The notes beneath the pieces are model-generated. The model worked only from the letters and a program-made list of their open reading frames with translations. It searched no databases and was not told the DNA's origin. Positions 1-9,137 of a stretch of 64,000 nt of DNA are shown piece by piece. Origin of the DNA: a bacterium (GTDB taxonomy: Bacteria; Patescibacteriota; Patescibacteriia; JACPHY01); NCBI GenBank assembly GCA_030647005.1, contig JAUSKG010000034.1, positions 4,050 to 68,049 of the forward strand, in the 5' to 3' direction. Both the position numbers and the translations under genes were made by a program. The stretch's first letter is position 1. The number at the start of each line of letters is the position of its first letter.

Positions 1-897
1 TCGCCCCCGCTTTCCGGAAACGATCATGGAGAGCGGTGTTGCCATGACGAGCTGCGCGAGTGCCGCAGCCGCGTCCGTGAGCACCAGGGGCTCCTCGGGC
101 TGTCCGAGGCGCATCCCGAGCGTACGCATCCGGAACCCCGGGTGCGTCTCGTGGTGGCGCGAGTAGTACACGTACCGCACGAGCACATCCGGAAGGAAGG
201 TCACCTTGGGGATGTTTCCGTCTGGGAAGGCATGACGCGCGGTGGATGGATCGTGCGAACGTGCGAGCGCGTCGAGACCGCGCTGCGCATCGCAGCTCAC
301 GAGCAGGATGTGGAGGTACACGCTGAGCTCGCGCATCGCTGCGAGTTCTTCATCGCCCTCCGACCAACCCCGCGTGCGCACCTCTGCGTAGCTCGCGGTG
401 AGGTGCGCGATGAACCGCGCCGCCTCGGTGGCACCGAGGAGCATCTCCCACCACGCGTGGAGGTGCTCCCGCGTACGGTGCACGCGATGCACCCGTTGAT
501 CCGCGCTCGTGATGAGGAGTACCCGCGAGGTGCTCGCCATTATGAGCGGAAGGACGGCGTGGAGGTCCTGGATGTGCGACTCCATCGTCTGGCAGATATC
601 CCAGTGGAACACGTCGAGTCCCGTCTCGGGAACTGCCGCACGGAAGATGGCCGGAAACCCGTCGAGATCGCCGCAGTAGTGATGCGCGCCGCGCTCCATG
701 CGCAGGAGCGCGCGCTGCTTGCGACGATCACGCTCGATGAACCAGCAGTGTCCGATGGGGATGCCGAGCCGTGACCACACGCGACACTCGACACCATCTC
801 CACCGAGCGTCGCCACCGTGGCGCGCTCGGCATCGAAGTACGGCGCGAGCTGCGTGAGCACGGCATGCACACACCGCTCCTTCGTCACATTCCGCAT
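1..897 (-). CDS. Hypothetical protein, possible class I SAM-dependent methyltransferase-like fold (partial, runs off window start)
   Basis: Manual translation, not in ORF track: MRNVTKERCVHAVLTQLAPYFDAERATVATLGGDGVEC...CWFIERD...LDVFHWDICQT...; open to window edge; GGAGG RBS; TTGACA-17-TACGGT promoter at 947-975. TLGGDG/FIERD/FHWD spacing resembles Rossmann MTase motifs. Confidence 0.55.
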   Translation of the reverse strand, partial: MRNVTKERCVHAVLTQLAPYFDAERATVATLGGDGVECRVWSRLGIPIGHCWFIERDRRKQRALLRMERGAHHYCGDLDGFPAIFRAAVPETGLDVFHWDICQTMESHIQDLHAVLPLIMASTSRVLLITSADQRVHRVHRTREHLHAWWEMLLGATEAARFIAHLTASYAEVRTRGWSEGDEELAAMRELSVYLHILLVSCDAQRGLDALARSHDPSTARHAFPDGNIPKVTFLPDVLVRYVYYSRHHETHPGFRMRTLGMRLGQPEEPLVLTDAAAALAQLVMATPLSMIVSGKRGR

Positions 898-946
898 GCG
901 TCCTCCTCTTTCGTTGTATTGTGAAAGACCAATACCTATCGCGCGC

Positions 947-1024
947 ACCGTATCATGGCGGTATTTCCCTGTCAACCTCGCTACCATGGACTCCCTTGAC
1001 ACGGAGCGCACGCGGGGGTATCCT
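947..1024. promoter_or_regulatory. Back-to-back divergent sigma70 promoters
   Basis: Minus: TTGACA(975-970)-17-TACGGT(952-947). Plus: TTGACA(996-1001)-17-TATCCT(1019-1024). Confidence 0.7.
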
Positions 1025-1063
1025 GAATGCGCAGTCCTTTCACCAATACGATGAGGAGGTGCC

Positions 1064-2518
1064 ATGACCGGACACGATGAGGGCGCGCAGCAACCACCAA
1101 CTGCCGCGCAGACCGCAACACGAACCATCACCTACAGCGACTTCATGGTGGCGCGCGACATGCTCCGTGAGCTCGTCGGAAATCAGTTCTCGGGCGAGAG
1201 CGCAGCATACGCGATCACCAAACGCTTCGATCGCCTCCTCTGGGTCATCGCGAAAGGCGATCCGCTCGATGATGCGATCGCGGAGCTTGCCGCCGCACTT
1301 GAAAACCTCGAGCACACACTCCGCGCGCAGCCGGAGGCCGAGCACACGGTGCCGACGCAACGCGCGGAGGACACCGTGGCCATCAACGATCTCCTCCGCG
1401 AGATCACCACGCTCACCCAGTCGCTCCGCGCCGCGCATGAGGACAACGCTGCAACGACGCAGACGCTCGAACGCGAACGTGCGCAACGCACAGAGCGTGA
1501 CCAGCTCGCGCTCGACGGTCTCCGGAGCACCACAGCGGCGATGCGCGATGAAGGGGCGCAGGTGGCGGGGAGCATCGCGCGGCTCACGCATCTCACCGCG
1601 ACGATCGCGGGTGCGCACGAGGCGCTCCAGTCCACGATCGCCGGCATGCACACCGCGGCGCACGGCGCAGATACGCCCGTCGGTATCCTGGAGCAGATGC
1701 GACTCGAAACTGCTGCGCGCGCTCGCGAGCGGTGGTGCATGGACGCGCATGATCGCATCGCCGAGATCGACGAGGCCATGGCTGCCCACCACAGCGAGCG
1801 CGATGTCCTCCAGGCGAAGCAGCGCACGCGGCGGCTCGATGCCGATGGCCTCGCACGGCTGGGATGGCTCGAGGCACGCATCGCGCAGCTCGAAGTCACG
1901 GCATCCTCCGTCCAGCACCTCGTGAAGCCCATCCAGAAGGAGGGAACACGAATCCGGGAGCGTCTCCACGCCATGGGACAGCTCGCGGAACAACTTCCGC
2001 TCGCAGAGCACCTCCCGGCACTCCCGCTATTCCCGGAGGAGCTGCCGGAGGATGCACGCGTGGCGGAGGCACCCGCACCGGAGCGTGCCACGCAGCCGAC
2101 CTCGGATGCGGGAACGGGTGACGATGAGCCGCTGCGCGAACCCACACCGGAGGACATCCTCGCGGTCAAGCTCACCGCCGTACTCATCGAGCGATGTGCG
2201 CAGGTCAACGAGGCACGAACGGGGAAGACATGGCTCCGCACGACCATCGGCAAAGTCCAACGGTGTGCACATACGAGCGGCATCCTCGCTGCGCATGGTC
2301 TCCAGAGGAAGCAATTCATGCTCGCCGTCGTCGGACTGCCCACGCGTGCCCTCGTGGATCGCTACCTCGCATGGAAAGGCAGTATGGGGAGAAACGTCAT
2401 CTCGAGCTGCTACACGCGGACGACGGAGCCCCTGCCGGACGAATGGAAGACGCTCCTCCGTGAAGAAGAAATCCTTGCATTCCTCGACGTATTCTACACG
2501 CCGCGAGAGCAGCCGTAG
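1064..2518 (+). CDS. Hypothetical long coiled-coil protein with Pro-rich linker and C-terminal globular domain
   Basis: 484 aa, GAGGAGG RBS, heptad-like A/E/L/R-rich middle, upstream promoter, downstream hairpin. Confidence 0.75.
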   Translation: MTGHDEGAQQPPTAAQTATRTITYSDFMVARDMLRELVGNQFSGESAAYAITKRFDRLLWVIAKGDPLDDAIAELAAALENLEHTLRAQPEAEHTVPTQRAEDTVAINDLLREITTLTQSLRAAHEDNAATTQTLERERAQRTERDQLALDGLRSTTAAMRDEGAQVAGSIARLTHLTATIAGAHEALQSTIAGMHTAAHGADTPVGILEQMRLETAARARERWCMDAHDRIAEIDEAMAAHHSERDVLQAKQRTRRLDADGLARLGWLEARIAQLEVTASSVQHLVKPIQKEGTRIRERLHAMGQLAEQLPLAEHLPALPLFPEELPEDARVAEAPAPERATQPTSDAGTGDDEPLREPTPEDILAVKLTAVLIERCAQVNEARTGKTWLRTTIGKVQRCAHTSGILAAHGLQRKQFMLAVVGLPTRALVDRYLAWKGSMGRNVISSCYTRTTEPLPDEWKTLLREEEILAFLDVFYTPREQP

Positions 2519-2525
2519 GCACAAG

Positions 2526-2563
2526 AGAACCCCCCGGTCCCAAAGGGATCCGGGGGGTCTTTT
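2526..2563. terminator. Bidirectional intrinsic terminator
   Basis: CCCCCGG..TCCC AAA GGGA..CCGGGGG hairpin between convergent genes, followed by TCTTTT. Confidence 0.7.
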
Positions 2564-4095
2564 CATGCCTTGCGCTTCGCGAGGAGTGCGTGGCGATGCT
2601 TGCCGACGAACTCGCTCGCTTCTTCGCTGTTCCAGGGGTGCTGCGCCTGTCCGACCGCCGCGAGCATACTCATCGTGAGGTGCTCGAGGAGTGCGGCTTT
2701 TCCCGTGGGCAAGATACCGTAGCACGTGTTGAGAAGGATGAGGTGATCCTCGCTATTGCCGATCACCGCGAAGACGTGCGGTGCTGCGCGCGTGGAGCCA
2801 AAGAACCACGTCTGGTCGCCGACGTTCAGGGGAATGATGCGGCTGCCTTGCTTACGGTCACGACTGCCACCTCCACCACTTCCGCCGCCTCCACTTCCAC
2901 CGCCTCCACTTCCGCCATCACCACTTCCACCGCCACCACTTCCGCCATTACCACCCAAACCCTCGGGATTGCGGATAGGTGGCGAGGCGGTTGCCTTCCC
3001 CCATGCATGCTCGAACGCGGCGCGGATGTCGTGCGTGATGACCTCCGCCACCTTCGATCCGGCCATGATATCGGCGTCCTCGAGGAGTGCCTGCGCCTGC
3101 GGGGCAACCTCGGCCTGGAGGAGGTCTGCGATCTTCCTCCATGCCTTCCCCCTGAGGAACATATCGTGCAGCCCGCTGCGCGACGTGTCCTGCTGTTCCA
3201 GGAGTCCCGGGACGAAGATGTCGCCTCGGAGATCCGGACGGCCGAGCGGGTATGGCAGGTGCCGACCGAGTGCCGGACAGAATCCCACACGGAACCCCGT
3301 CTCTGCATCCACGAGCCAGATGCCGCTCCGCTCGCTCGCGGGGTCCGGAACGCGCTCGAGGTAGGCCTCGATGGCGGTATCCGGCACGGCGATCACGAGT
3401 GCGGACACGAGCGGTGGCGGGACGAACTTCTTCCCGCCGATGAGGAGCGTGCCGCAGCGATCACGCTTGCGTGGAAGCCAGGGTGCAACCGCATCTCGGA
3501 GCTCGTTGTGCGACCCGAAGACCGGGTTGTCCACGACGATGCAGGAGAATCGCCCGCGATGGCCCGCGTACGCACCGAGCTCCAACGCGTCGGGCTCGAA
3601 TGATTGCGGGAGCGCACCCGGCGGTGTCGTTGCCGCCGTTGGCGTGATGCGCCAGCACGTCACACGACCGGACACCGACGTGCGCGTGAAGACGGTGAAC
3701 CCCGTGTCGTAGCTATACCGATCGCGGCGCAGCGCGAACGCTGCGGTACGACCGATCCCCTTGTCCGATGCGCCACGGTATCTCCCGCGCTTTCCTTCCC
3801 GACGCTTCGCCCCGAGCGAGCAGAACCGATCGAAATCGGCCTGCGTGAAGCCGGTGCCGGAGTCAAAGCAGACGAGCGCGGACTCTCCCGTGAACGCGTG
3901 CCGCTTCTCGATGCTGAGCTCAACGTGGATCCGTGATGGCTCCCAGAGCTCCTGGGTCCCGCCGCCCATGCACGCCACCATCGCATTCCGAATGATCTCC
4001 ACGACGCACTTGCCCGGATCGGTGTACAGCTCTGCGCCGAGCGGTCCAACGAGCAGCTCGGCGGTTGCTTGAAAGAGAACCGGTGATACCTTCAT
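2563..4095 (-). CDS. GHKL (HSP90/MORC-like) ATPase-domain protein
   Basis: Bergerat motifs EIIRNA, FDSGTGF, GASDKGIGRTAAF; Gly/Ser linker and small C-terminal domain; RBS. Confidence 0.8.
   Translation of the reverse strand: MKVSPVLFQATAELLVGPLGAELYTDPGKCVVEIIRNAMVACMGGGTQELWEPSRIHVELSIEKRHAFTGESALVCFDSGTGFTQADFDRFCSLGAKRREGKRGRYRGASDKGIGRTAAFALRRDRYSYDTGFTVFTRTSVSGRVTCWRITPTAATTPPGALPQSFEPDALELGAYAGHRGRFSCIVVDNPVFGSHNELRDAVAPWLPRKRDRCGTLLIGGKKFVPPPLVSALVIAVPDTAIEAYLERVPDPASERSGIWLVDAETGFRVGFCPALGRHLPYPLGRPDLRGDIFVPGLLEQQDTSRSGLHDMFLRGKAWRKIADLLQAEVAPQAQALLEDADIMAGSKVAEVITHDIRAAFEHAWGKATASPPIRNPEGLGGNGGSGGGGSGDGGSGGGGSGGGGSGGGGSRDRKQGSRIIPLNVGDQTWFFGSTRAAPHVFAVIGNSEDHLILLNTCYGILPTGKAALLEHLTMSMLAAVGQAQHPWNSEEASEFVGKHRHALLAKRKA
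2863..2955 (-). repeat. 15-bp tandem repeat encoding a (GGGGS)n-like linker
   Basis: Translates GGNGGSGGGGSGDGGSGGGGSGGGGSGGGGS. Confidence 0.9.
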
Positions 4096-4136
4096 GACGA
4101 CTCCTCACCTTCTTTAGGGTTTTCGGTTGTGACGAA

Positions 4137-5603
4137 CTACCGTCGTCCGCGAGCATCGCGTACCGTCGTGAGCGACGGGAGCAGGGTACGCAGCGTCTCT
4201 GCGACCTCGGGGACCACTTCCGGCCCCACGATGTCCGCATCGGTCAACTCGCCGATGGCAGCGAGATCTCGCATCGTAGTCACGATGATGCGACGCGCCC
4301 GTGCGTCCGGTTTCCAACCCGCGCGGCTCATCTGCTTGAGCCCGCGCATGATTGATGCGATGCCAACGAGGATGTCGTACGCACCGTCCGTGGGCGTGTG
4401 GTCGTCGGGCACCTCGACCGCGTCATCTACTCTTGCGGGAGGCCCGCCAATCTCCGCCGCGTGCGCGCGAGGCAATGCCTCGGTGAGCGCGTTGGCTACC
4501 GGAGACGCAGATTTGTCTTCATCTTCCAGCCACGCGATCGCCTTGTGCAACGCTTCGATCTGCTGCGGCCCCGGGAGCACCCGCCCCCGAATCCAGCTCA
4601 TGATCGAGTTCTGCGTGAGATCGGAGTGCTGCGCGACCGTCACCGGTGTCTCGCCGGACTGCTCATACGCAATGCAGAAACGCACGAGCAGAATCGCGAG
4701 GCGCTCACCCTGCGTTGACCGGTACCGAAGGTTCGGATGCGTCCCCTCCCCCAAAAACTGACTGATGCGCACCCAGGCAACACGACCGCGGGGGATGATC
4801 TGCCAGGCCTTCGGCATCGTCGGGCGATTCCTGATCATCTCCAGTGCCCGTGCGCACCCGTTATCGTGCAGTGCGTTGATCTCCACGTACGGAGTGCGCG
4901 TCAGGTAGTGGGCGACGCCGCAGAGCACGTCCGCGATATTCTCCACGCGGAGATGGATGCGCGCCTTTGCCGCCGCGCCGGACATGAGCACGTCCAGGCG
5001 CAGCTTCGATACGTTCGCCTGCTGGGCGAAAATTTCGGTCGTGAGGCCCGCGCCATCACGAATCGCACGCAGGACACCCGCGAGCACGGCCCGATCACCG
5101 ATGTCGTCGAGCGGACGGGGAAGCGGACTAAGGAATCGCATCCGTGCGCATTCCACCGCTCGCAGGATGTACCGCGGCTCGAACGCGTAGACCGTCAACT
5201 CCTCCACGCGCGCACGCTGACGATCACCCGGCACCTCACCGAAACGCTGCCATCGTCGCACCTGATAGTCGGGCACGCCGCAATGCTCTGCGAACCTCTC
5301 CGCGGACATCCGCTCGCGATCGAGGAACGCCGAGCAGTGCTCTTGCCAGGCACGATCGCAGTCCTCCGGAAGCGGCCCGTGCCGCTTCAGGTCGCGCAGG
5401 AGTCGGTCACGATACCGTTGCACCTTGTCCTGCATGCCGGGCCACTCTTTCTGGCGTTTGTGCTTCGTCCCGCGGTGCAACCACCCGTGCACGATCGTGG
5501 CGTACTTGAGATGCAGGAGCTCCTTGATCTGATCCTGCGTAACTCCCGGGTACTCGAGGCACTCCCGAATCAACGCACGAATCGGCTCGAATCCATCTTC
5601 CAT
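4137..5603 (-). CDS. Multi-HTH (XRE/Cro-like, ~4 repeats) DNA-binding protein
   Basis: Start MEDGF with GGAGG RBS; HTH-like segments VTQDQIKELLHLKYATIVHGWLHRG, MSAERFAEHCGVPDYQVRRWQ, LTTEIFAQQANVSKLRLDVLMSG, TPVTVAQHSDLTQNSIMSWIRG; promoter TTGACA-17-TACGGT at 5647-5675. Confidence 0.7.
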   Translation of the reverse strand: MEDGFEPIRALIRECLEYPGVTQDQIKELLHLKYATIVHGWLHRGTKHKRQKEWPGMQDKVQRYRDRLLRDLKRHGPLPEDCDRAWQEHCSAFLDRERMSAERFAEHCGVPDYQVRRWQRFGEVPGDRQRARVEELTVYAFEPRYILRAVECARMRFLSPLPRPLDDIGDRAVLAGVLRAIRDGAGLTTEIFAQQANVSKLRLDVLMSGAAAKARIHLRVENIADVLCGVAHYLTRTPYVEINALHDNGCARALEMIRNRPTMPKAWQIIPRGRVAWVRISQFLGEGTHPNLRYRSTQGERLAILLVRFCIAYEQSGETPVTVAQHSDLTQNSIMSWIRGRVLPGPQQIEALHKAIAWLEDEDKSASPVANALTEALPRAHAAEIGGPPARVDDAVEVPDDHTPTDGAYDILVGIASIMRGLKQMSRAGWKPDARARRIIVTTMRDLAAIGELTDADIVGPEVVPEVAETLRTLLPSLTTVRDARGRR

Positions 5604-5671
5604 TGCTTCCTCCAGGTTTACTCGATTGTGCAAAGAGCACGGCTGCACCGTACCACGGCTCCCTACCGATG

Positions 5672-6166
5672 TCAAACCCCTCTCCGAGGGTCATTGCATG
5701 CTTGGAAATACGACGCAAACCACCACCCAATCACACCACCAATGATGAGGAGGTCTGCGATGTTAAACGCGGGGAACATGCTTGTGACGCTGAGATAATC
5801 CGTCACTCCGCCGAGAGCAATGCGCTCAGTGAGATTGGAGATCGCACCGAGGATGACGGCGAGGAGCAGCACATCAAATCGTCCCGTCGCCATGCGACGC
5901 CGCACCGCGTGGACAATGAGCGCAATGACAACCGCAACGCCCACCGGCCAAATGACCGCATTCGGGATCGGCAGCGAGAACGCGAGGACCTCATTCGTGC
6001 TCGGCATAAACCCCACCCACCCCGCGCGCGTCCCCCACGCAAAATGCTCCCCCACGGGGAGCATCTGACGTGCGACCATCTTCAACACGACATCCGTGGC
6101 AATGGCGACAGCAATCAACCCGCACGCAACCATCCTTTTCTCAGTTCCCCATCTTACGTTCTGCAT
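5672..6166 (-). CDS. lspA: Lipoprotein signal peptidase II
   Basis: GAISNLTERI..G.VTDY..FPAFNIAD motifs, TM helices; start may be 6133. Confidence 0.9.
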   Translation of the reverse strand: MQNVRWGTEKRMVACGLIAVAIATDVVLKMVARQMLPVGEHFAWGTRAGWVGFMPSTNEVLAFSLPIPNAVIWPVGVAVVIALIVHAVRRRMATGRFDVLLLAVILGAISNLTERIALGGVTDYLSVTSMFPAFNIADLLIIGGVIGWWFASYFQACNDPRRGV

Positions 6167-6186
6167 TCTGCGTTCATCGTTCTACG
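6152..6186. repeat. Degenerate heptamer tandem repeat
   Basis: TCTTACG TTCTGCA TTCTGCG TTCATCG TTCTACG. Confidence 0.6.
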
Positions 6187-6187
6187 T

Positions 6188-6520
6188 TTATCCTCCCTTC
6201 TTCTCCGTCTTGCAGCGCACGCAGGAGCTGGAGGTTGGACGCGCGATCAGTCGCTTCTCTGGAATCTGCTCGTTGCAGTATCGGCACATCCCGTACGTGC
6301 CCGCGGCGATGCGCGAGAGCGCATTGTTCACATCGCGGAGCGCGTGGTCCAGTGCCTGCCCGAGGGACAGGTTGTCCGAGTACGTCGCAATTTCTGCGGC
6401 GTTCTCATCCTCACCGCGACCAAAGTCCTCAAACTTCCCGTAGCGTTTGAGCTCGAGTTCGAGTTCTTGCTTCCGCGTAAGCAATCTTTCCTCAATCGTC
6501 TTCAGGAGCCCCGTATCCAT
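6188..6520 (-). CDS. TraR/DksA C4-type zinc-finger protein
   Basis: ALSRIAAGTYGMCRYCNEQIPEKRLIARPTSSSCVRCK; start MDTGLLK. Confidence 0.9.
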   Translation of the reverse strand: MDTGLLKTIEERLLTRKQELELELKRYGKFEDFGRGEDENAAEIATYSDNLSLGQALDHALRDVNNALSRIAAGTYGMCRYCNEQIPEKRLIARPTSSSCVRCKTEKKGG

Positions 6521-6704
6521 AGCAGTTGCTGTTGCGTGCATATCCATCCTTGGTGCTCCCGCACCAGCTTCGGAGGGAACATGCGAAACCACCCATCCCC
6601 ATCCCACCCCCTCAAAATGACGTGGAGGACCCACTCACAACAAGTGCTGTGAGATTTCTAGCATAGCGACTCGCAGAGGGACCGTCCAGTACGGAAAAAT
6701 GGCG

Positions 6705-7125
6705 CAAAAAGAAAGAGGCGCTTGGATGTGCGCCGCCGTTTTGATAGCGGTAATGATTTCAGCACAATCCTGCGCCTCTTGACGATCATTGGCCTTGGCT
6801 GTGTCCGCGGATCGCTGGCTCGGATGAACCCAGCCGAGGCACCGATCCGCGGAAACGAGCACGTACCAATATCGTTCTTGCACTTTGCTGAGAAGTGCGC
6901 CGCTCAACCATTCGCTGGGTGGCCACAAGTTGAAACGAGGGACTACACCCGTTGTGCTTTTGGTTTACCAACACTTGGCCCTATTCAGCATTCGGGCCGG
7001 TATGAGGAACAGTAGAGCGGAAGGAACTCCCGATGAGCGAGCACCGAACATGACATACCGACTGAAGCAATTCGCCTCACTCGGACTCTCCCAGGGAGAT
7101 CCCTACATGTGTTTCCCCTTCGTAC
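6705..7125 (-). ncRNA. Candidate large structured non-coding RNA (~420 nt), family unrecognised
   Basis: Promoter TTGACT(7160-7155)-17-TATATT(7137-7132); many nested stems with G-U pairs favouring the minus strand; ends in AAGAGGCGC/GCGCCTCTT stem plus U-rich tail; no convincing ORF. Confidence 0.6.
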
Positions 7126-7333
7126 TTATCCAATATACCAAGCGAACGGATTACAGTCAATCGAGCAATATAATGGGTCAAAAAATATCATTTTCGCTGT
7201 GTTGCAACAAAAAAAATGGAAGCTCGTTGCTGCGACACTTGGAAATCAACCACGATTGCTTGAGCTACTTTCGATTATCCACTGCAAAAAAACATTTTGT
7301 TATCAACAAGATCGCTCCGCTCAACAGAGCGCA

Positions 7334-8479
7334 TTATTCATTCCTTGGTTCAATCAATCCACAGATAGATACTTCGCTGAGCGATGCATAAAACATGCCA
7401 AGAACAACGACCTGTGGATGAACCATTGCCTGGAATGTCATCGCATCGCTTCCACGCATCGAACACGAGCGCGGGAGACGGAGGAGCGATTGCTCGCTGC
7501 TCGTGACGAGCTCCGGTCGGTTGGAGACGAGCACGCCATCCGCGTCTGCTCGCAGCGCGAGCACGGGAGCGTGCTGCGCGTCATACGCGATCATGGTCGT
7601 GCCGTCACGCTCGACGGTGATCGCCGATGCATCCGCGGTTGCCACCTGCGTGACGAACCCGTCGAGGAGCGCGGGGCGCAGCGCGGGTGCAATCATCGCA
7701 GCGGCGCGCGAGAGCGCATCGCTCGTGATATTCGCGGTATCCGCGCGCACCGCAATGGACTGCTCCCGCCAGTTCGCGTACACGTCTACGAACTGCTGCG
7801 TCGCGAGGAAGGAGGAGAACGGCTCCGGCATCATACGCAGTGGCACGCCGCTCGCGACGAGCGAGCCGTAGGTGAGCGGAGCCGACACGGTGATGATACG
7901 GCCGCGCGGAAATGGTTGCGCAAGATCGGCAGTACGAAGGAGTACGCCGTCGCGCGTGATGGTTCCCTGGAGCGCGATCGTCTCGGGGATACCTCCGTAC
8001 CCATCTGCTTGGATGCCGAGCACACTGAACAACTCTGGTGTACGGACAACTACGTTGAGTGGGCGGACATGCGGAGGACCAAGCTCACGACTAACCTCGC
8101 CGCGGAGATCACGCACGATGATCGGTGTTTGCCCAATGAATACGGGGTCTTTTGGTACGATTGGTGCAATACCAACCGTAGGGCCCCATAGGAAAATCGT
8201 CGCGCTGTCCGTTCCCAACTCCACACCAACCTCCTCCACCGACGGGTCCCCGATGATCTGCGCGAGGAGCGTGGCATCATCCCCACCCACGAGTACCGCG
8301 AGGTGATCCTGGAGCGCGCTCCGGACCCGCGGGGTGAGATGCGCATGCGCGTACACCGCAGCGCGTGCGGACACGTGCGGTGCGATGTGATCGCGATACG
8401 GGAACACTCGATGCCACTGGGTGGTGCCGATAGCAAGCGCAGCGCACGCGAGCACGAGCGCGAACACCGCCCTCTTCAT
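7334..8479 (-). CDS. Hypothetical secreted or membrane-anchored protein
   Basis: Start MKRAVFALVLACAALAIG (signal/TM), 381 aa. Confidence 0.7.
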   Translation of the reverse strand: MKRAVFALVLACAALAIGTTQWHRVFPYRDHIAPHVSARAAVYAHAHLTPRVRSALQDHLAVLVGGDDATLLAQIIGDPSVEEVGVELGTDSATIFLWGPTVGIAPIVPKDPVFIGQTPIIVRDLRGEVSRELGPPHVRPLNVVVRTPELFSVLGIQADGYGGIPETIALQGTITRDGVLLRTADLAQPFPRGRIITVSAPLTYGSLVASGVPLRMMPEPFSSFLATQQFVDVYANWREQSIAVRADTANITSDALSRAAAMIAPALRPALLDGFVTQVATADASAITVERDGTTMIAYDAQHAPVLALRADADGVLVSNRPELVTSSEQSLLRLPRSCSMRGSDAMTFQAMVHPQVVVLGMFYASLSEVSICGLIEPRNE

Positions 8480-8619
8480 GTTTCGTGAGTGCCATGACCA
8501 TGTCATATATCTCCCAAGCACCATACCGCATGCACGCGTCACGAGAAAGCGGTGCTCCATGGTGGGGCACCGCTCATGATCGTGACGACCAATGCGCCGG
8601 TCTGGACAATCATCCTCGA

Positions 8620-8859
8620 TCAATCGCCCACGTAGAGCATCTCGAACCCGCAGATAGCGCACGACTGACCGGGCACGACGTACCCACCGACGCGCTCGAC
8701 CCCAGGATGGGGACACTGCTCCTCGAGCTTCGTGAGATCCGCTCGTGCACTACCAATGCTCCTGCGCAGTTCTCCGGCCTCCTTCTCATAGGCAGCGATG
8801 AGCGCCCGCAATGCCGCCGATTCGCACCGCATCTCCAGCTCGCTCTTCTTCTCGTCCAT
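8620..8859 (-). CDS. Small coiled-coil plus zinc-ribbon hypothetical protein
   Basis: GGAGGTG RBS; CPH...CAICG; downstream hairpin AGCGGTGC/GCACCGCT. Confidence 0.7.
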   Translation of the reverse strand: MDEKKSELEMRCESAALRALIAAYEKEAGELRRSIGSARADLTKLEEQCPHPGVERVGGYVVPGQSCAICGFEMLYVGD

Positions 8860-8927
8860 GATGCACCTCCACAACGAACGAACTGCTTTGATCCTCGCAT
8901 GCGCATGTGATCCTGTCAACCGAGCGC

Positions 8928-9019
8928 ACCCCCTCTCGCTCCCCCTCAAGATGAGGGGGGAGGATCAGATAACACCCTTCCGGCTCTCCCCCTCATCTTG
9001 AGGGGAAGTAGGAGGGGGT
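8928..9019. repeat. Palindromic element family E (CCCCCTCAAGATGAGGGGG), inverted pair
   Basis: Two inverted copies; related copies at 56906-56940, 25291-25324, 56476-56500, ~6595-6630. Confidence 0.75.
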
Positions 9020-9137
9020 GGTATTGAGCTTCTCGCTGCGAGTATCTCGCGACGAAAAGCTCGCTGTGCATCCGAGTACAACAGACGAAAGACGAACAGC
9101 CCACGCATGGTGCGCGGGCTGTTCGTCTGCAATCGCG

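Noticed and set aside
6635-6928. 97-aa minus-strand ORF
   Set aside because: TTG start without RBS, atypical composition, lies within a heavily paired region
6705-7125. RNase P RNA, tmRNA or group II intron identity for the ncRNA candidate
   Set aside because: GGGAGAGTCCGAG only loosely resembles GAGGAAAGTCC and no matching 3' conserved region; no tRNA-like ends or tag; no domain V motif
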